IMG/VR virus record: IMGVR_UViG_3300037069_000769
Coordinates: 38,322 to 102,321 of that record
DNA: 64,000 nucleotides
DNA from: a virus
Reading direction: 5' to 3' (one strand)
The notes beneath the pieces were generated by a model. It was not told the origin of the DNA, made no database searches, and saw only the letters and a program-made list of their open reading frames with translations. Made by a program: the position numbers and the translations under genes. Position 1 is the first letter of the stretch, and each line of letters opens with the position of its first letter. Positions 58,906 to 64,000 of this stretch are shown piece after piece.

Positions 58906-59382
58906 ATGACGGAGCAGTTAAAGAACCCGGTAACTGATGCGGAGTTTAAGAGTTTCGGGGAGTATATTGACTCCCTGACTAAGAGTTGGCAAGACCTGCA
59001 AATTCAGCAGTACCAACTGGATCAAAGTAAGGCAGCTATCCTCGCGGTAGCCGTAAATGCTGCAAAGGAGGCAAGTCCCGACACTGTGCGGGGCTCTGTG
59101 AAACTCGAAGGAGTTGTCACCCAACTGAAAGTGGTGTTTAAGCAGAGTGCATCCTATCCCCGAGAGCGGGGTGCCGTCCATCCGTTAAGGCTGCTCGCTC
59201 AAGACTTTCCTGAACTTGAAGACATGATTCGAGTTGACATTGAGGAGAGTGGGTCCAAGATTGAAAAATTCTTGGAGCGTGGTGACTACGACGATCACGA
59301 ACGCGAGTTGGCTGAGAAGCTTAGGGATATTCGGATAGTGAAGGATGGGAAGCCTTCGCTCGAAGCTGTCAACAAGGACTGA
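58906..59382 (+). CDS. hypothetical protein
   Basis: 158 aa, N-terminal coiled coil. Confidence 0.6.
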   Translation: MTEQLKNPVTDAEFKSFGEYIDSLTKSWQDLQIQQYQLDQSKAAILAVAVNAAKEASPDTVRGSVKLEGVVTQLKVVFKQSASYPRERGAVHPLRLLAQDFPELEDMIRVDIEESGSKIEKFLERGDYDDHERELAEKLRDIRIVKDGKPSLEAVNKD

Positions 59383-59420
59383 TACTGCCGAATAACCCTA
59401 ACTTGCAAACGTTTGCAATT

Positions 59421-59696
59421 ATGACCAAGCACAACGCCAGCCGAGTCCATTGGGCAAAAATCTGGAAGATTATCCGCAAGGATAATAAGACTGCCCTGTA
59501 CGATATTGCTAAGACTTTTGGGGTTGACCGCCATGACGTTGAGTTCTTGAAGGCCGTCGATCAGCTTGTCCAGCAGAATCGAGTTCGGCAAGCAATGGGG
59601 CACACCGAGGAAGGTATGCTCTGCGTGTGCTTGATTCCCAACCGAGACTTCTTTGACGAGCCTGACGACAATGAAGAAGACACAGACGACGAGTGA
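59421..59696 (+). CDS. hypothetical protein
   Basis: ATG 3 nt after palindrome 59404; winged-helix-like, acidic tail. Confidence 0.5.
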   Translation: MTKHNASRVHWAKIWKIIRKDNKTALYDIAKTFGVDRHDVEFLKAVDQLVQQNRVRQAMGHTEEGMLCVCLIPNRDFFDEPDDNEEDTDDE

Positions 59697-60258
59697 TACC
59701 GGGGCCAAGAGAAGCTCAGATGCCGATGGGATGAGATTTGATCTCATTAGTCCTATCGGCCTTGCTAGACTGGCTAAGACTTACGGTGAGGGAGCTAAGA
59801 AGTACAAGCCTCACAACTACTTGAAAGGTTTCAAGGCAAGTGGGCTGCTCTGCCATGCAATCCGTCATTTGATGATGTGGTTGTTTGGAGACCGAGGCCA
59901 AGATCACCTCGGCCACGCCGCATGGAATATATTCACCCTGATGCACTTTGAGGTACTGCGGCCTGAGTTGATGGACGTGCCACCTTACCTCAAGGGGATA
60001 ACTGCTAAAGGGGTTGAGCAGATGTGGGATATGTATCAAGTTCCAAATGAGGAAAGACTCAAAATAATTGAGAACCTCATTGAGAGTAGTACCGGAGCCA
60101 CGTTCTGTGAGTTCCCCAAAGTAAAGAAGGTGAAGAATGCTACCATCCGAAAGTCTGCGGCAAGACGAAAACCCACCTCAGCCCGAAAGCCTGCAAAAAG
60201 GTCAGGAAATCCTAACGCCCAAGAGCGTGCTGGAAGACCTCCGGTGGAAAAAGTTTGA
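59671..60258 (+). CDS. dATP/dGTP diphosphohydrolase-like protein (DUF5664)
   Basis: RFDLI...GAKKY..HNY.KG...HAIRHL..W..G....DHLGHAAWN. Confidence 0.82.
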   Translation: MKKTQTTSDTGAKRSSDADGMRFDLISPIGLARLAKTYGEGAKKYKPHNYLKGFKASGLLCHAIRHLMMWLFGDRGQDHLGHAAWNIFTLMHFEVLRPELMDVPPYLKGITAKGVEQMWDMYQVPNEERLKIIENLIESSTGATFCEFPKVKKVKNATIRKSAARRKPTSARKPAKRSGNPNAQERAGRPPVEKV

Positions 60259-61219
60259 GTGTGGGAGTGACGGGTATGTGTGCCTCGTCGATACGATGGG
60301 CACAGATCACGATGTCATTCAGGCTGCCCGCGTTAGCTTTGGACAGGATGTCCGGGCAAACCGAGATGCCTTTGAGATGACTCCCTCTGACCAGACTCTC
60401 TTGCGGTACTTGCTCAGGCATCATCACACTACTCCGCTGGAGATGGTGGAGTTTAAGTTCCTGATCCGCTGTCCGATGGATGTCTGGCGTCAGTGGATTC
60501 GGCATCGAACGGCTAGCGTCAACGAGTACTCTACTCGCTACAAGCCTGCAATCGACAGTATGAATACGGTTGATGCGGAGCAGTGGCGGGCTCAGTCAAA
60601 GAACAATAAGCAGGGAAGCTCCGGACTGGTTGAGACCTTCCCTGAGAATTGGAGGTTCCTGCGTGATCCCAAGGGTGAAGATTTTCTGCATGTGTACATC
60701 GGTGATGTGCTGCATCAAGTTCTCCAGTGGGATCGTGACTCTGCTTTGCCTACACCTCAGCAGTGGTTGAGTACTCGTGAGGAGTGGCTCCAAAATGAGA
60801 TCACCGAAGTTTACAAAGAGCGGTTGAAGTTTGGGGTGGCGAATGAGCTGGCCCGAAAGGACCTGCCCCTCTCGAACTACACCGAGGCGTATTGGAAGAT
60901 CGACTTGCACAATCTGCTGAATTTCCTCCGCCTGCGTATGGATTCGCATGCTCAGCAGGAGATTCGGGAGTTTGCGAACGCAATCGGGAACCAGATTGTC
61001 AAGCAACTGTGTCCGGTTACATGGGGGGCGTTCGAGGATTACTGTCTGAACTCGATGCAGCTTTCGGCCAACGAGGTGACGGTGATCTATAAGCTGCTGG
61101 AGAACCTCGGAGTGCAAGTTTCCTCTGAGGTGGTTCAAAGTCTGAACCTCAGTCAGTTGAGTGGGCGGGAGTTCGAGGAGTTGCAAGCGAAGTTGACACG
61201 TATCGGACTGATGGCGTGA
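60137..61219 (+). CDS. thyX: FAD-dependent thymidylate synthase
   Basis: AARVS, HTTPLE, RQWIRHRTASVNEYSTRY, ARKDLP, LRMDSHAQQEIR. Confidence 0.96.
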   Translation: MLPSESLRQDENPPQPESLQKGQEILTPKSVLEDLRWKKFECGSDGYVCLVDTMGTDHDVIQAARVSFGQDVRANRDAFEMTPSDQTLLRYLLRHHHTTPLEMVEFKFLIRCPMDVWRQWIRHRTASVNEYSTRYKPAIDSMNTVDAEQWRAQSKNNKQGSSGLVETFPENWRFLRDPKGEDFLHVYIGDVLHQVLQWDRDSALPTPQQWLSTREEWLQNEITEVYKERLKFGVANELARKDLPLSNYTEAYWKIDLHNLLNFLRLRMDSHAQQEIREFANAIGNQIVKQLCPVTWGAFEDYCLNSMQLSANEVTVIYKLLENLGVQVSSEVVQSLNLSQLSGREFEELQAKLTRIGLMA

Positions 61220-61236
61220 AAACCTACGGCGAGTTG

Positions 61237-61270
61237 AGAAGCCTCCAGTGTAAAGCTGGGGGCTTTTCTT
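61237..61270 (+). terminator. intrinsic terminator
   Basis: AAGCCTCCAG-TGTAAAG-CTGGGGGCTT-TTCTT. Confidence 0.75.
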
Positions 61271-61307
61271 GTTTCAGTGGGAATCCGAAATTCCGGGCCG
61301 ATTTCTC

Positions 61308-61336
61308 TTGACTTTCAGACTCGGGTGTGCGATACT
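61308..61336 (+). promoter_or_regulatory. repeated promoter
   Basis: TTGACT-17 nt-GATACT. Confidence 0.75.
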
Positions 61337-61373
61337 ATTCCTAACGTTTCGGTAATACAAACTCACGGAGAGA

Positions 61374-61601
61374 ATGATGACCCCGGAAGAGCATGACCTC
61401 CAAGCATTGCATGAGGCTCAAACGAAGGAGTATGAGAACTTCAGCCACAATGCCCGTACTTATCTTTGCTTTACTGGCGAGGATTTGAAAGCTGCGGGCC
61501 ACGAGTCGATAGGAGCGGCTCTGCTTTATGCTACTCAGCAGCATGCTAAGAGATTGGCGAAGTTGATCGCCGATCATGTCAAGAAGTGGCCCGACAAGTA
61601 G
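61374..61601 (+). CDS. hypothetical protein
   Basis: GGAG RBS after promoter. Confidence 0.6.
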   Translation: MMTPEEHDLQALHEAQTKEYENFSHNARTYLCFTGEDLKAAGHESIGAALLYATQQHAKRLAKLIADHVKKWPDK

Positions 61602-61609
61602 GAGCAGTG

Positions 61610-61924
61610 ATGACTGTCAAGTTGAAGGTGTTGAAACGACTGCATGAGGTGCTCACCGCAGCAAGTGCTTGCGGCTTATTGGACGATCTTCAGGAGTACG
61701 TTCCTGACCCTGACATGCTGAATGACGTGTGCGATGGTGTCTACAGTTTGTTGACTGAGAGTCGTACTGCGATTCAAAGCTCAGGTGTCACGGCTGATCG
61801 TGGGTTACTGTGGGTAAACGGTAAGTCGTTGGACGCCCCGGAGGCAGATGCTGTCGCCCGTCATCATGGTTTTGCATTCGCTGAAGACTTAGTGAAGTTT
61901 CTTAGTGAGAATCCTGTCTTCTAG
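61610..61924 (+). CDS. hypothetical protein
   Basis: AGGAG RBS. Confidence 0.55.
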   Translation: MTVKLKVLKRLHEVLTAASACGLLDDLQEYVPDPDMLNDVCDGVYSLLTESRTAIQSSGVTADRGLLWVNGKSLDAPEADAVARHHGFAFAEDLVKFLSENPVF

Positions 61925-61974
61925 CACAAGACGTATCAACCCCTGCATGGTAAGGGCCGGATAGTAAGGAGTAA

Positions 61975-62478
61975 GTGACTATGGCATGGTGGAAACGCCG
62001 TCGTAACACCTTGATGGCCCTTCAAGACGGCAGGTGCTATTGGTGCTTTCGCAAAGTTGAGATTATCCGTGGAGATGTTACAATGCCTCCACCGGACCAT
62101 ATGGCAACAATCGATCACCTGTACGACAAGTATGACTCTCGACGCCAAGGGTATGTACGGGGAGAGACGCCCAAATGCGTTACTGTTCTTGCATGCTACA
62201 AGTGCAACAACTCTCGGGGGCAGCAAACAGCACGAGATGCTGTCTCGATTCGAGAGTCGATGCTCTCAGTGGCGATAGAGAGGATTCGAGAGTTGGGAAT
62301 TGGAAACCAGCGAGGTGACCTGTTCACAAAGGCCGAGTGTTCGCAGGTTTTGCTCAACGTGATTGACGAGTATGAGAGCAATTCTAGCAGAGCAAGTAAT
62401 GTCTGTGGTCGTCTCCGAGCTTGTGTCATATTGGCGATGAAATATCATGCTCACCCAGATAAACCTTTGCTAGAGTAG
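61975..62478 (+). CDS. HNH endonuclease
   Basis: QDGRCYWC...ATIDH...VLACYKCNNSRG. Confidence 0.85.
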   Translation: MTMAWWKRRRNTLMALQDGRCYWCFRKVEIIRGDVTMPPPDHMATIDHLYDKYDSRRQGYVRGETPKCVTVLACYKCNNSRGQQTARDAVSIRESMLSVAIERIRELGIGNQRGDLFTKAECSQVLLNVIDEYESNSSRASNVCGRLRACVILAMKYHAHPDKPLLE

Positions 62479-62521
62479 GAAAGCAATTTGCAAACGTTTG
62501 CAAAAATCGGGCAAATTTCTC

Positions 62522-62550
62522 TTGACTTCGGTAGTGCTTTGTGCGATATT
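62522..62550 (+). promoter_or_regulatory. repeated promoter
   Basis: TTGACT-17 nt-GATATT; palindrome copy about 20 bp upstream. Confidence 0.7.
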
Positions 62551-62593
62551 ACTCCTATCGGAAACATGCAAACCGGGCAGTAAGGAGTAAGCG

Positions 62594-62845
62594 ATGGGAC
62601 TGAGCAAGAAGCAGTATAAAGAGAAACGTCTCGCACGACTTCGGGAGCTGGTGCCGATCCTAGCAAAAGGTGTATGTCCCGAGTGCGGGTGTAAGCTGTA
62701 CCCGAACCACTCCATAACGGGCTGGATCATGTGTGGGCACAAAGGCTCTCCGGGATTCCAGAAGGAGCCGGGGCCTGAGTGTAGTTGGGACTGCGTGTTC
62801 GATCCCAACGAGGAAGAGTTGGCAATCCTGTACCCTGATCTCTGA
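62594..62845 (+). CDS. zinc-ribbon protein
   Basis: AAGGAG RBS; CPECG...WIMC...C. Confidence 0.65.
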   Translation: MGLSKKQYKEKRLARLRELVPILAKGVCPECGCKLYPNHSITGWIMCGHKGSPGFQKEPGPECSWDCVFDPNEEELAILYPDL

Positions 62846-62851
62846 GAAGAT

Positions 62852-63307
62852 GTGATGACTGATATAAAGTATGCTGAGAAATTTGAGACTCCTGAAGATT
62901 GTCAGGTGATTGCTGTCGTCGGGCCAACTGGGAGACTCTGCGGAAGTGTTGCCCCTGACTATCACGAGAGAGCAAACTTTGGAGCAGATTGTAGGTATCT
63001 GTATCTGACCTTTGAAGACCTAAATCTGCTCAAATCGTGGTGGGAGAGTGCTTGGGGTAAGAAGCTTCGGGAGACTAGCCCTCTCGATGATCCAGACAAA
63101 ATCTGGGCAGCTTTAAGACTCTGGGACGAGGGGACTGAGTGTCTTGTTGAGGGGCATGCTGATAGTCTCGGGTACGATTATTCAGACATGGGCATATATG
63201 AGTTGTCTAAGACCCTCCTTGATCTGGCGGAGTCTGAAGAGGATTTTCCTGATAAGAGTGATCTTTGTGACTACCTTCGGCATGTGATCTCCAGAATCCC
63301 TCACTGA
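62852..63307 (+). CDS. hypothetical protein
   Basis: 151 aa acidic ORF. Confidence 0.55.
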   Translation: MMTDIKYAEKFETPEDCQVIAVVGPTGRLCGSVAPDYHERANFGADCRYLYLTFEDLNLLKSWWESAWGKKLRETSPLDDPDKIWAALRLWDEGTECLVEGHADSLGYDYSDMGIYELSKTLLDLAESEEDFPDKSDLCDYLRHVISRIPH

Positions 63308-63360
63308 CAGGTCACCCTCCTTTTGAGGACCCTCCTTTAGAAGACCCTCCGTAGGAATGT

Positions 63361-63600
63361 GTGATGAGTACTCCGTATAAACCTCAGAAGTACGACCTTG
63401 CCGGATTTGATCTGGTAGGGTACAGACAGCCTGATGGCTCGATTCGGCTGGGCTCCAAGGTGATCGTCTCTGAGTTTCCACCCGAGGTTGAGCTGATCGG
63501 AGTTGTGTACACTCTGGAGGAGATTGTGGTGAACGACAAGGATGGTACGTTGTCTGAAGACCATCCGGGCAAGCATTTGATGTGGGGCATTTACGTTTAG
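63361..63600 (+). CDS. hypothetical protein
   Basis: 79 aa ORF. Confidence 0.55.
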   Translation: MMSTPYKPQKYDLAGFDLVGYRQPDGSIRLGSKVIVSEFPPEVELIGVVYTLEEIVVNDKDGTLSEDHPGKHLMWGIYV

Positions 63601-63663
63601 CTGTGTGATCTCCAAGTATGTAGCTGGAGAGATTGATCGCAACCCCCCAGAGAGGGGTATGAG

Positions 63664-63897
63664 ATGTCTGAGCCTGTTCAAGGTCCGACTGTGTACGAAG
63701 CCGCGATGACCAGAATTCGTCGGATTGATGCTAACATTGCGGAGCTTCAGAACGAGCGTGCTCTGTGTAAGCGTCGGGCTGATAGGTATATGAATAGCCC
63801 GATGCTTGAAGCTGAGCGTATTGCTACTGAGGCTGAGAAGTTTCTACCGCCCTTGCCCGATGACTTCACGATGCTCGGGGCCAACCCCGACGAGTGA
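63664..63897 (+). CDS. hypothetical protein
   Basis: GAGG RBS; palindrome 2 nt after stop. Confidence 0.55.
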   Translation: MSEPVQGPTVYEAAMTRIRRIDANIAELQNERALCKRRADRYMNSPMLEAERIATEAEKFLPPLPDDFTMLGANPDE

Positions 63898-63913
63898 TCT
63901 GCAAACGTTTGCA

Positions 63914-63950
63914 AAGAAAGCCCCCAGCGTACACTGAGGGCTTTTTATTT
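63914..63950 (+). terminator. intrinsic terminator
   Basis: AAAGCCCCCAG-CGTACA-CTGAGGGCTTT-TTATTT. Confidence 0.75.
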
Positions 63951-64000
63951 GTTGTATGTATTGTGTGCGTGAGTTTAGTTGAGAGTGAGAATTGTTGTGT

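Larger units (their letters stand above)
435..63913. repeat. dispersed 14-bp palindrome TGCAAACGTTTGCA (27 exact copies, about 6 variants)
   Basis: Exact core starts: 435, 3519, 6517, 8401, 9984, 14223, 16314, 16747, 21899, 24914, 27371, 28701, 30719, 32984, 36019, 40078, 41855, 43738, 45779, 48640, 50417, 51936, 53115, 55251, 59404, 62489, 63900. Variants: 25458, 26064, 33925, 39218 (1 mismatch), 51606 (1-nt insertion), 53055 (GGGG spacer). Confidence 0.97.

Noticed and set aside
435-63913. Palindrome as a CRISPR repeat, IS end or MITE
   Set aside because: Copies are 14-26 bp, kilobases apart and separated by whole genes; no spacer periodicity, transposase or obvious target duplications

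Overview
A 64-kb segment of a tailed dsDNA phage genome (siphovirus-type, long tape measure). Every gene I can support is on the + strand. Order: terminase C-terminus, portal, head morphogenesis; a cluster of probable virion/decoration proteins; protease-scaffold, major capsid, GT9 glycosyltransferase; neck and tail genes with a probable -1 chaperone frameshift, tape measure and a Cys-rich fibre; an accessory region (about 25.4-37 kb) of small ORFs, a macrodomain, two aberrant tRNA-like genes, a promoter-led structured non-coding stretch, a Tad1-like protein and more glycosyltransferases; replication/recombination genes (DnaC-like, DnaB, primase, SSB, PolA with a Cys-rich insertion, SF2 helicase, RecA, nucleases, RusA); and a probable early region with repeated sigma70-like promoters, a SWIM/MoxR-AAA/vWA module, a DUF5664-like protein, ThyX and HNH. 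The main unexplained signal is a 14-bp palindrome, TGCAAACGTTTGCA, found by eye in 27 exact and about 6 variant copies, on average one per 2.4 kb. Most copies lie at gene junctions just after stop codons or RNA 3' ends; some lie inside CDSs in all three frames. This points to a genome-wide binding-site or RNA-processing system. No integrase, endolysin or CRISPR array was recognised. All product calls are from motif recognition and synteny, with no database searches.
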